From the NCBI GenBank assembly GCA_034780895.1, contig JAUZTB010008443.1:62001-124625 (forward strand): 62,625 nt of DNA. The letters are read 5' to 3'. Origin of the DNA: Rhynchobatus australiae (lineage: Eukaryota). The first letter of the stretch is position 1. Each line of letters begins with the position of its first letter. This document shows positions 37,802 through 49,065 of this stretch, one piece after another. The position numbers and the translations under genes are program-made. The notes under the pieces are model-generated. The model searched no databases. It was not told where the DNA came from and saw only the letters and a list, made by a program, of their open reading frames with translations.

Positions 37802-38401
37802 CTAATTATTATTTTTTTGGGAAAGTACTTTTTCTAAATTTTGATTCATCATTTTTAACTCTTTTAAGATTAACTCTTCAGTAGATTCAGTAGAAGCTAA
37901 AGGTTTAGAAACAAGCAACTCACCTTGACGCAAAAGTTTTTTGCGTCTTTTAATTTCTTTCAAAAAATTAATGCTTACAAAAGTAATAATTAAGAAAAGA
38001 AATGAAAGCATGATAATTACTAAAAAAGAAATTAAATTTGCTAGAAAAATGCCATATTCAATTCCGCTACTACTTTTAAGTTCTTCAATACTACTTAAAT
38101 TTAAAGTCTTAGCTACTGAGGCTAAAATCACGTTTTTTGATAGTGAAGAAACTACAGCACCAAAAGTAGTTCCGATTACCACGCCAATTGCCAAAATAAA
38201 GATATTACCTTTTTTTAATAAAGCTTTAGTATCTTTTCAAGCCGGCTTTCAAATTCTTTTTTTGTGGCTTTGGCGATCTCAAGAAGTTTCTTTGATAATA
38301 TTCAGAGTTGTTTTAATTTGGTTTTTTGATTTAGCTAAAACTTCGACGATATTATCGATATTATCTTCTAAGTTAGGCTTTTTCTTATCGTCTTTTTTCA
38401 T
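37802..38401 (-). CDS. mscL: Large-conductance mechanosensitive channel with a long N-terminal extension
   Basis: KKGNIFILAIGVVIGTTFGAVVSSL (TM1), YGIFLANLISFLVI (TM2), EELILKEL tail; in-frame ATG at 38401 follows a -10 box. Confidence 0.85.
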
Positions 38402-38582
38402 TAGTTAATTATAAAAGAGAAGCTTTTTGAAAAGCTTAATTAGCTAAATTATTTCATTATTTTTTAGACATTTTTATAGCGTAATTAATTTTCTTTTTTT
38501 ATTAACTTAAAGTAAAATTAAAGCGATTATTAATTTAAAAATGATTCGCTAACTACTTAATGAATAATAAGGAATTTAATTT

Positions 38583-39698
38583 ATGGACTTAAAAAGCCGT
38601 TTTCAAATTCAAGAATTTAAGCACTTTAAAGAAGCTCATCTTCACAATTTAAGTCTTGAATTAGAAAAATACGTTGCCGAAAAAGCGCGCGCTATTCCCA
38701 AATCGATGCGCTTCTTTTTGAACAAAATTTATTTACTTTCAGCTTTTACCTTAAGCTTTATTGCATTTGTTTTGTTTATAGTTTTTACCCGTATTAACGC
38801 TTTTGAAGACGAAAATGATCATTTGATTAGCTACATTATTTTAGGAATTTCATTATTGATTTTTGCTATTTCAGTATTAATGCTTTTAATTATTTCCCCA
38901 GTTAGAGCCCGTGCTAATAAAATACTTGATGCTCTTTTAGATCGTGAAGAAATTTATCATCTGATTTTTTCTTTTTTTCCTGCTTATAATTATCAAAAGG
39001 CTTCCAAGGAAACAAATTCTGAATTAGCAAATTATTATGATCATGGTTATCCTAATATTGGTTCTAATGCTGAATTGTGAAAAAGCAGCCCGCTTTTTCA
39101 TTTTGCTTATAATGATCATCAAATTGAATACCAAACGCAATCATGAAAATGAACTGATCCTAATTTTCAAAATGATAAAAACTTTTATTATGCTAATGTT
39201 GGTATTTTAACTTATGCTTTAAATCCTGAAGAAATTGCATCTTTAGGCGAATTTAAGTTTAGTTTAGTACGCCGCATCGTTTTGGATCCCGATCTTAAAG
39301 TTATTAATAATAACAATTTAAAATTTATGAAACGTTATCATTTAAGAAGTAATAACGCCTGATTAGCACAAAAACTTTTCACAAATGAAACAATTGAACA
39401 ATTATTAGAACTTTGAAAATTATCAATTTCTCATAATTATCAAATTCAATATTTGAATGAAAAAATTGTTATTAAATTTATTCCTGAAGCGCCTAAAATT
39501 ATGAAAGTAGCTTTTTATTATCATGAAAATTCAAAAAATGAAATTGAAGTTTTTTGTAAAAACTTAGTTCATGATTTTTATCAATTACAACTTTTATTAT
39601 GAATCATTGAATCTATATGTTTTCATTTTTTAAATGAAGATAGTGATATTGATGATGATTTTTTTGAAGAAAAAGAAATTTTAAACACTAATTCTTAA
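38583..39698 (+). CDS. Two-TM membrane protein, 371 aa (possibly DUF3137-like), acidic tail
   Basis: Two hydrophobic helices near the N-terminus, then a soluble domain; SD AAGGA; open through several TGA to TAA at 39696-39698. Confidence 0.7.
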
Positions 39699-39746
39699 AA
39701 TTAAAATTTGAAAATTAAGGAACAGAAAAATTAGAAAGGAAGGATA

Positions 39747-41648
39747 TTGAAAAAGAAACACGTTTTAAAAATTTTGCTTATTAGTTTACCTTTTATTGCC
39801 TTGGCAACGACAATGGCTGTAGCTTTAAAGATCACTAAAGACAATCAAAGTCAAGAGCTTAATCTTAAATTTGCACTTAAAGAAAATGTTATTGAAGGAG
39901 ATATTAAATATTTAGCTTTTGGTGATTCACTAAGCGCTGGTTTTAATTCGCAATTGGATAAAGACTACCCTGGTAAGCTCGAAGCAGACGGTACTATTTC
40001 GGGCCTTTCTTTTCCAGCTTATATCGCTCAATATTTACAAACTTTAAGCACTAAACGTTTTACTAGTTTTGATAATTTAGCACGATCAGGAAGCACGCTC
40101 AGTGAGTGGAACAGTCTTTTTTCTTTAGCCCTTCCTTCGTGGCAAAAACACTTTCCTAATTCAGAAGCTATCGCAGCTTTTCAAAAGCTTTTTTTAGAGA
40201 AGTTAAAAAATGCTAATTTAGTAACTATTTCTTTAGGCGCTAATGATTTGCTTGCGTCTGTTTTAAAAGAATCTACTTTGTTGAAACTAATTCAGGGTAA
40301 TTTCGGTGATACTGATTTTTTACAAAAACAATTTAACTTTATAAGGCAAGATTTAAGCAATAAAATTCGTGCCTTAGTAAATAACATTTTATCCATTAAT
40401 AAAGATGTTAGAATTAACTTTATTTCTTATCCACCACCATTTTTGCGTTTGCAAAACGCCTTCAGTGATCTCCTTTCAATGAACGGAGAGAGAAAGATAA
40501 ATCCTATCAATACGCTATTATCGTTACTAAATCGGACCCTAAAAAGCGCAAGTGATAGTTTTAAATCTAACTATGTTAATTACATTAATGCTTATGATAA
40601 ACGTTGATGAGAAAATAATTCTGCCTTTGCTAGCAAAGCCCTTTTTGATATTCATCCAACTGAGCATGGTTATAAAAAAATGGCTCAAGACATTATTTTA
40701 AAATTAATTACAAATAAGCAAATGGAAAATTTTTCTTTAGATACTTTACGTTCTATAAACGGCAATTTAACTTGAGATGATAATTATTTTAAAAGCGATT
40801 TATTTTCTGTGGGACAGCAAATTAAAATTGCAGAAAACGATTCATTAAATGAGCAATATCGCAGTGTTCTAAACGTTGCAAATAGTAATGCGCCAAACAT
40901 TTTAGTTCGTGAAAAAAGAATCCGCTTTTATGAAGATAAATTTAATTTTAATAATCTTCAAAAAAGATTCTTTGATAATAATTCTGATTCTAATTTTGAA
41001 CGTTTTATCGGTGGCTTCTTTTTATCACAAATTGAAAAATTTTTAGAGGCTAATTTAAATAATTCCGCAAAGCTTACCATTCCTAATCAAGATCTTCTTT
41101 TAAAAGCAATTTTAAAACACAAACTAATACCTAGCCTTTTAGTTAAAATTCAAAATCTAGTCGATCAAAAATATACTCATGAATTAAATAAACAAATAAG
41201 TTTAACTAATTTAAAATCAGCATTTCGCAATGCGCTTCTTGATAAAAAGATTTTATTTAAATTTATGCAAAGCTTTTTTAGCGATAATCGCACTTTTATT
41301 GATCCTCTTTTTAGAACTAAGTTGGCTCAAGCCTTAAGTAATTTTATTATTTCCAATTTATCAACTTTGGAAACATCCTTAGAGTTTCGTGAAGAGCAAT
41401 TAGGACAAAAGTTTATGATGCTTAAAAAGTTTCTTAAAAAACTCCCCCAAGCTAAGGCAGCGCTTGTTAAGTTCATTGAATTTCTTTTAGTTAATATTTC
41501 TAGTTATGTGATCGAAAGTAGTGATTTATACGATATTTTAATCCGTTTTTTTTCTGATTCTTTAACACTAAATAAATTTTTAGAAAGTGTTTTAGCAAAT
41601 CAAAGTGAGACTCTAAAAAAAGAATTTCGTGCATTATTTCTTAATTAG
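39747..41648 (+). CDS. Membrane-anchored SGNH/GDSL lipase, 633 aa
   Basis: Signal/TM segment, YLAFGDSLSAGFNSQLDKDYPG, NLARSG, SLGAND, FDIHPTEHGY; paralogue of 25108-32700; TTG start with SD AGGAAGG. Confidence 0.88.
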
Positions 41649-41734
41649 GATAAAATAATGCTATTAGAATAGAAAATTTTTAAAACACATAATTGCAATT
41701 TTTAAAATCGTTATTATCGAAAAATAGGGAGATC

Positions 41735-42844
41735 ATGATTTATAAAGATTCAACAAAAAAAGCTGTTGCACCATCTAAAAAAGTGGTGCACAAAAGTCAA
41801 GCTACACCTAATCTCAAAGAGAGTTTAAACCATAATCGTACACGTCAAAATTTTATTGATAACAATATTAATCTTGTCCAAAAAATGATAGCACCGACGG
41901 TTAAAAAAAATTATAGTAATATTCCTCAACTTTGAAGAATCATTGCTAGTCGTTATTTCTTCTTTTTTATTTTAGCTCAATTAGTTTTAGCAAGCATTTT
42001 TATTCTTGTTGATATTATTGCACTAGCAAATTCTAATAGCTCATTTATATGGTCAACTATTTTCGGTTTAATTATCGTTTTTTCTGCTTATTTAGAGTTT
42101 TTAATTCGCGAATTTTACAAAAAAAGAATTTCGCTCTACTTTGTTAATTCTTTAGACTTAAAAGACTTTAACGCTCGTTTGTTTAATAACTTTGCGCAAT
42201 TACAATATTTAGGAGCAACGCCAAGTCATTTTGAAGAACTTAATAAATTAGTGCGTGCTGGTAAAGATTTCACCATTCCTAAAAACGCTAAAATTAATTC
42301 GCGCACTAAAACACAACATTTAGCTTATAAAGGTAATCGCATTACTTATCAAGTCCAAGGTTATAAATGAAGAGCTGGTGATGAGCACGTTTCTAATAAA
42401 CACGTTGGTTTAATTAATATTAAAATTTCTAATTCTCGCTTTAGTGATGCCAATAATGCTTTCGCTTTAGCTTTTCGCGCTAAAAACCCGCCCTTTTCAA
42501 AATTACCATTGCTAACAACTGAAGAAGCTTATTTCAATCGTTTTTATCAGCCACGTTCAAATCAAAAAAAATTAGTAACTAGAATTTTAACGCCGCGCGT
42601 TATTAAGCGTTTAGTTAATTTAGCTAAACACGGTCTTAAAACTAAAAATTTCACTTTCGAAAAAAACCGTGATGCTATAAACATTAAATTTACTTTAATG
42701 CCTTTATTTTTTAATTATGTTCCTTATTTTAAAGTTAAAAATAAATATGATTATCTCGGCTTGCAAGTTTCTAGCATGATTTTGCAACAAACTTTTGAAA
42801 TTTACCAAATCATTAGATTAGCAATTGATTCTACTTTAATTTAA
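41735..42844 (+). CDS. Two-TM membrane protein, 369 aa, probable paralogue of 38583-39698
   Basis: SD GGGAG; two TM helices; ITYQVQGYKW...HVGLI aligns with IEYQTQSWKW...NVGIL. Confidence 0.7.
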
Positions 42845-42855
42845 ATTTTAGTGCT

Positions 42856-43224
42856 TTATTTTGAAGTTTCATGATCGACTCTAAAAAAGCGAATATTACT
42901 TTTTAAATTACTATTTTTGGAAATAATTTGGTATCAAATTGTTAATGAATTATTATTTGAACTAGGGCTTACTTTTAAGATTTTAACTTCTGTTTTATCA
43001 GCATTTTTATTAATTACCAAATTTTTTCATTCACTAGTTGAGGTAAACTTACGAAATTCTTGAAGGTTTTTTTGAATTACTTTAGCAGTATCAAAAGTAA
43101 TTTGCGACTTTTCTAAATCTGCTTTTGTTTCAACACTAGTACTATTACAAGCCACTAAAAGCAAAGGACTAAGCGGAATTGCTAAAAGCCAAAATTTGTG
43201 AACTAGTTTTAATTTTCGAAACAT
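42856..43224 (-). CDS. Small lipoprotein, 122 aa
   Basis: Basic N-terminus, hydrophobic core and lipobox LLLVA-C. Confidence 0.8.
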
Positions 43225-43374
43225 AAAAAACCTTATAAATTCGATAAAGATAATATACTTTGAAATTATACATGAGCCGTGGCATTTTTCTGAAACTTTA
43301 AATGTTTAGCATTTTTTGATTTAATTAATTATTAATAATTGTTAAAAAAAATTTATATAGCTATACTTTAAAAC

Positions 43375-44343
43375 ATGAATTTAATCCCATGAAACGGCGG
43401 GAATTTGGCATTTGGTGATCTTCACGCCTCCACAATCTTAATGTCATTTGGCCTTTTAGGCATTGTCATTTTAGTATTTTTATCTTTTTTTAGTAATCAA
43501 ATACGTTCTCGCTATTCTCTTTTTTTAGAATTACCTGCGCATCGTTTAAAAATGCGTTTGCTTGCTATGAGCTGAGCTTTAACACTATCCTTAATGTTTA
43601 TTGTACGTCTTGTTATTTTTGCAAGACCAGCTTCTGATGCCAAGACTATCTATCCGTATCTTTGAGAACTAATCCCCTTGCATTTCACGCGTTTATCATT
43701 AGTAATTAATATTGTCATCCTTTTCTTACCTTTTAAACTTCAAAAACGAGCCATTCTTTATTATGGATTTTTTTCTTTAATAACAGGAGCTTTAGCATTT
43801 TTTAGCCCCGATCTTAATGGTGGTCTTGAGCGCTATCGAACTAGCGTTAATTGAGGTTATGACTCTTTTGTTTACTGAGATTATATTTCCGTGCATTTTT
43901 CTAATATTGTAATTCCTTGATTAATTTTTATTCTTTATCGCCCCTTATACACTTTTAAAAAATTAATGGTTTCTATTAGCATAATCGTTGTTTACATGTT
44001 TTTAGTTTTTTTTCTAAATTTAGCTCTAGACAAAGTTAACTCTACTTTTTGAAGAGCTAATTGAGGTTATTTAGCTTCTGATCAAGCTAATCCTTATTTG
44101 AAGAATTTAGTTCCACCTTTTACCAAATTTCCTCAACACGTTTTCGTTTTCTCAATTGCTTTTTCCTTAGTACAAATGTTTTCCACAATAGTTTATATTT
44201 ACTCTGAGTCCTTAACTTTAGAAATGCATCACTGACGTTTACAACTAGTTCGTCACAAAAGCAAAATGTGTACTTATTTTGTTCATAGCATTCCTGAACG
44301 AATTAAAAATTTACTTTTAAAATTTTCTTTTCGTAAAAAATAA
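43375..44343 (+). CDS. YwaF/TMEM164-like polytopic membrane protein, 322 aa (not in the ORF track)
   Basis: Multiple TM segments; WELIPLHFTRL, FVYWDYISVH, ANWGYL motifs; many in-frame TGA. Confidence 0.75.
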
Positions 44344-44370
44344 TTTTGATTTTGCTAATTTACAAAAAGC

Positions 44371-44402
44371 AAAAAATAAGGAAAGTTTTTTCCTTATTTT
44401 TT
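44371..44402. terminator. Bidirectional terminator between the YwaF-like gene and rluD
   Basis: AAAAAATAAGGAAA GTTT TTTCCTTATTTTTT. Confidence 0.8.
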
Positions 44403-44418
44403 ATTTTGAGCAAAAAGT

Positions 44419-45339
44419 TTAATTTACCGTTTTTAAATATTGGGCTTTTGCATCCACTAATAATTTTTTTATTGAGGGATCTAAAGGTAATTCAAAATGC
44501 ATCATTTCTGAAGTGAATGGATCGACAAATTGAAGTTGATAAGCTTGTAAATATTGACCTGTACCATCTATTTCTTTTCCATAAACTTGGTCATTATAGA
44601 CTGGATGTTTTAAATACGCTAAATGAACTCTTATTTGGTGCGTGCGCCCTGTTTCTAATTGGCACCTAACTAAAGATAGAGCTTTTTTGTCTAAATTTAA
44701 AAGTTCTAAAAGTTCAACTTTAGTTATTGCTTCTTTGCTATTAAAATTAGTAACTGTGATTTTTTTACGATCGTTTAAATTACGTCCTAGTGGCAAATTA
44801 ATAGTATAATTTTTATTTCTTAAGTGCCCATCTAAAACTGCTAAATAAGTGCGTTTAATTAACCTTTTTTGTAATGCCTCAGATAATAATTGGTGGGCCT
44901 CATTAGTTTTAGCGACGATTAAAAGTCCCGAAGTGTCTTTATCGAGGCGATGGATTATTCCTGGACGCAATAATCCGTTTTCATTTGAAAGTTTTTTAAT
45001 GTGAAAGAGTAAGGCGTTAACTAAAGTTCCAGAATGATGTCCTGGAGCAGGATGGGACACCATTCCCTTAGCTTTATTAACAATTAAGTAATTATCGTTT
45101 TCATAAATTATTTCTAAGGGCAAATTTTGGGCTTCTAAATGATCCATTTTTTTTAAAATTTCACTAATAATAATTTCTTGCTTTTCTTTTAATAAAAACT
45201 TGCTTTTACGTACAATTATGCCATTCACAGTCACGACTCTAGCCTTAATTAAAGCACTTGCTTCAGAGCGCGAAAGGTGGCTGTTTTGAGCAATATATTT
45301 ATCAATTCGTTCTACGTATTTAACTACTAAAGTGAGCAT
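44419..45339 (-). CDS. rluD: RluA/RluD-family pseudouridine synthase with an S4 domain
   Basis: RIDKY S4 domain, VNKAKGMVSHP, IIHRLDKDTSG (catalytic Asp), LETGRTHQIRVH. Confidence 0.93.
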   Translation of the reverse strand: MLTLVVKYVERIDKYIAQNSHLSRSEASALIKARVVTVNGIIVRKSKFLLKEKQEIIISEILKKMDHLEAQNLPLEIIYENDNYLIVNKAKGMVSHPAPGHHSGTLVNALLFHIKKLSNENGLLRPGIIHRLDKDTSGLLIVAKTNEAHQLLSEALQKRLIKRTYLAVLDGHLRNKNYTINLPLGRNLNDRKKITVTNFNSKEAITKVELLELLNLDKKALSLVRCQLETGRTHQIRVHLAYLKHPVYNDQVYGKEIDGTGQYLQAYQLQFVDPFTSEMMHFELPLDPSIKKLLVDAKAQYLKTVN

Positions 45340-45404
45340 AAGACAATTATAAAGAAAAGCTTTGCAGTTGGTGCTTTCTTTTCTTTACTGCTTAAGCACT
45401 AACT

Positions 45405-46916
45405 TTAGGCCACGCCTAAATAAATGAAAAGCAAAATTGTAACACTATAAAAAATTGCTGTAGCAATACCATCAGTTAAAGTCGTTAATAGAGGCGTTGA
45501 TAAAACGGTTGGATCTTTTTTTAATTTAATTGCTAAGAGTGGAATTAAAGCTCCTATTAGTTTTGCTCAAATAATTACTAACCATAGTGAAAAACTAGAA
45601 CCAAGAATTAAAATGTAAACATTAGCGCTCTTTGCAGAAGCTAAAGAACCATCAAGAGCATAATAAATTAATAAACGCAGCGTATTGATAACAAATAAAA
45701 TAAGGCCAATAAAAAAGGCAACACTAATTTCACGAAAAATAATTTTCTTAAAAGGATAATTTTCAAATTCACCTAAGGCGGCAGCTCTTATGATTGTTGA
45801 AGAAGACTGTGAGCCAGCATTTCCGGCGGCACCGGAAATGACTGGTACTAAAGTCGTTAAGAGTAAAACATTAATAAAAGTTTGAATATTTTTATCTGCT
45901 AAAGTAGTAAAACTTTGGATAATGATCTGACTAATGGTTGAACCAATTAACAAAAAAACTAACCAAAATAGTCTACTTTTTACTAATTTTTGTACCGGCG
46001 TTTGCGTATATGCTGTAGTATCTTTTTTTTGAATCCCGGCTGCTTTATAAAAATCTTCCGTAGCTTCTTCATTAATAATATCAATAACTTGATCGGTAGT
46101 AATAATGCCAGCTAGTTCTTGATTATGATTTATCACTGGCAAAACTGAAAGATCTTGTTTGGCAAATAAATTAATTGCTTTTTGAGCATCATCATCAGTT
46201 TTAATAGCTTCTAAAGAAAACATGATTTCTTTAATTTTAAGTTCAGCTTGATTAAAAGCAATGTCTTCTAAACGTGTTGCACCTTTAAAGATGCCACGAT
46301 CATCGGATACAAAAAAGTAATGTGTTAATAAGGAATTTTCTTCTCAGTCTTGACTAATTGTTTTTAAGGCTTGGGCCAAAGTTGAATTTTCATTTAAGGT
46401 GCCAAAATCAGGACTCATGAAACTACCTATTTGATTATCATCAAAAGTTAATAAATAACGAATCTCAGAATTACGTTTTTGATCTTTAATTAAAGATAAA
46501 AACTCTTCTTGTTCTTGACTATTTCAATGACAAATGAGCTTTTTAATTTCACTACTCATAAGATTGTTAGCAATTTCAAATTTTAAATCTTGAGTTAAAT
46601 AATCTAGTAAATAATTTTGTTGCCCAAGCTCTAAAGTAGCAAAAAATTCAGAATTAATTTCATTATCTAAATATCTTAAAATTTGCACTTGTTGATTAAT
46701 TTTCAAATTATTAAAAATGTTTTTTAATGTAATTAAAGAAAGCTTTTGAGCCAGTTTTTGTAGCATTCAATAATTATTAGTCTTAAGATAATTTTTAATT
46801 TCTACAGTTCAATAAATTTCTTGTTCTTTTTCATCAGAACGATCATCAAAATATCGATTTTGATAATCTGCTTGTGAAAGCTTGTGATAGTTTTTTGCTT
46901 CTTTTTGTGGCATCAT
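45405..46916 (-). CDS. mgtE: Magnesium transporter MgtE, copy 2 (503 aa)
   Basis: N domain and CBS pair (DLSVLPVINHNQELAGIITTD), EEATEDF, GNAGSQSS, KDPTVLSTPLLTTLTD; SD AAAGGG. Confidence 0.9.
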
Positions 46917-46926
46917 AATCCCTTTC

Positions 46927-48438
46927 TTATTGAACTCCTAAGACTCTAAAAACACCTATGGCGATTGCAAAAAAAATCATTATCGAAAGGGCATCTAATA
47001 ATGTGGTTAGTAATGAAGCCGATAAAACAGCAGGATCTTTTTTTAATTTATAAGCTCATAAAGGAATAATTATTCCTAAAATTTTTGATAAAGTAATTGT
47101 TATTCATAAAGCTAAGGAAGAAGCAAAAATTAAAATTATGATGTTTTGTGGATTTACAATTAAAGATTGTTCAATGGAAAAATAAATTATTAAGCGTAAA
47201 AAATTAACAAAAAACAAAATCATTCCTAAAATTAATCCGGTGTACATTTCCTTGCGAATAAACTTGGCAAATTTTTGTTGGTTAAATTCGCCTAAGGCGG
47301 CAGCTCTAATGACAGCCGAGCTTGATTGGCCGCCAGCATTACCGGCAGCATCGGAAAGAACCGGAATTAAAGTCGAAAGAATCGAAGTTGAAATAAAAGT
47401 AGAAATTGTTTGGCTGGCCACATTAGTTAAAGTTTGCAAGGCAATTTGTGAAAAAGTGGCGCTAATTAAAAGTAAAAAAAGCCACACTAAACGGCTGCGA
47501 ATTAATTGTAAAATCGGTGTTTTGGTGTAAGCTTGTAAATTATTAGTAGTAATTGCGACTTGGCGATAAATGTCTTCGGTAACTTCTTCATGAATTAAAT
47601 CAACCATGTCTTCAGCAGTAACAATGCCAGCTAAATAGTTACTATGATTGATCACTGGTAAAACCGAAATGTCTTGTTTGGCAAAAATTTGTGCCGCATA
47701 CTGAAGATCATCATAAGTTTTTACAGCACTAACTTGGAAAGCAATCTCAGAAACTTTTTTAGTTGGGTCATTAAAAATAATGTCTTCAAAAGAAATAGCA
47801 CCTTCAAAAACACCTTCTTGATTAGTAACAAAAAAGTAGTGGTTTAAACTAATTTTTTCTTTTCAGTCGTTTTTAATGCGTGCCTTTGCATCAGCTAAAG
47901 TTCAGTTACTTATTACCGAAGAAAAATCAACACGCATTAAACTGCCAATTTGATTTTCATCAAATTTTAAAAGGGCATTAATTGCTCTTCTTTTTTTAGG
48001 ATCCTTAATTTTTTTTAATAAAGGATGCATCACTTCGGTTGGCATTTCATCAATTAAGTCTTTAATTTCATCACTTTTTAGTGATTTTATAATTTTGGTA
48101 CTTAAATCATCACTAAAAGAAGTTAATAATTCGGCTTTTTCTTGGGCATCTAAATCATTAAAAAAGATCGCAGCTTGCGATTTAGTTAAGAGACGAAAAA
48201 ATAAAATTTTTTCAAAATTACTTAAATGAATAAATTGTTCTAATAAAATCGTTTTTGGATAATCTTTAATAATTTTTTGTAATTGTGAAAAATTACTATT
48301 TTTAATGTTAATTTTAATTGCCTTTAAAACTTCCGGGTGTTGCGTCGGCATTATTGTTTTGAAACTATAAAAACGTTGCCAAAATTTTTTTTTAGCTCCT
48401 TTTGGCATATCGAAAAGAGAATTATTATTATTTTCCAT
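46927..48438 (-). CDS. mgtE: Magnesium transporter MgtE, copy 1 (503 aa)
   Basis: N domain and CBS pair (DISVLPVINHSNYLAGIVTAED), EEVTEDI, GNAGGQSS, KDPAVLSASLLTTLLD. Confidence 0.9.
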
Positions 48439-48482
48439 AGTTGCTCTTTTCTCTTTTTAAAAGTGTTGATAATCTTTATATT

Positions 48483-49061
48483 TTACTCTTTTAATAACAT
48501 AACTAATGATTCTTGGAAATTATCAGTTTCAACTTTAGTTAAAATTCCGTTTTTGGTAATTGAAATGCCACCAGTTTCCTCAGAAATAACGATCGTGACG
48601 GCGTCACTAACTTCACTAATTCCCATTGCAGCGCGGTGGCGCGCGCCAAAGCGATTGTCTAAAGACTTGCGCGAAATTTTGTAATAAGTTGCTGCATAAA
48701 CTATTTTGTTATCACGAATCACAATCGCGCCATCGTGTAAAGGACTGTTTTTATTGAAAAGGGAAATAATTAAAGAAGAAGAAATATTTGCGTCTAAGAT
48801 AACGCCATCAGTTCGTAAATTATCGATTAAGTCGTGGTTTTCAATTGTAATAATGGCTCCCACTTGGGCTTTTGATAAATTAAAAACAGCTTCGCGAACT
48901 TGGTGAACTAAACGAATTTTACTTGAATTACCTAATTTTGAATATTGCGATTTTGTAAATAAATATCTTCATAGACTATGAACGTAAGGAGCAAGAGCGA
49001 TAATAAAAATTAAAATAATAAAAACTAAAGAAAAAATCGCGACGATTTCAGTTCAAGGCAT
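48483..49061 (-). CDS. cdaM: Diadenylate cyclase (c-di-AMP synthase), single TM, CdaM-like
   Basis: One N-terminal TM; DAC motifs GAIITIE, SPLHDGAIVI, GARHRAAMGISE, ISEETG. Confidence 0.92.
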
Positions 49062-49065
49062 AAGT

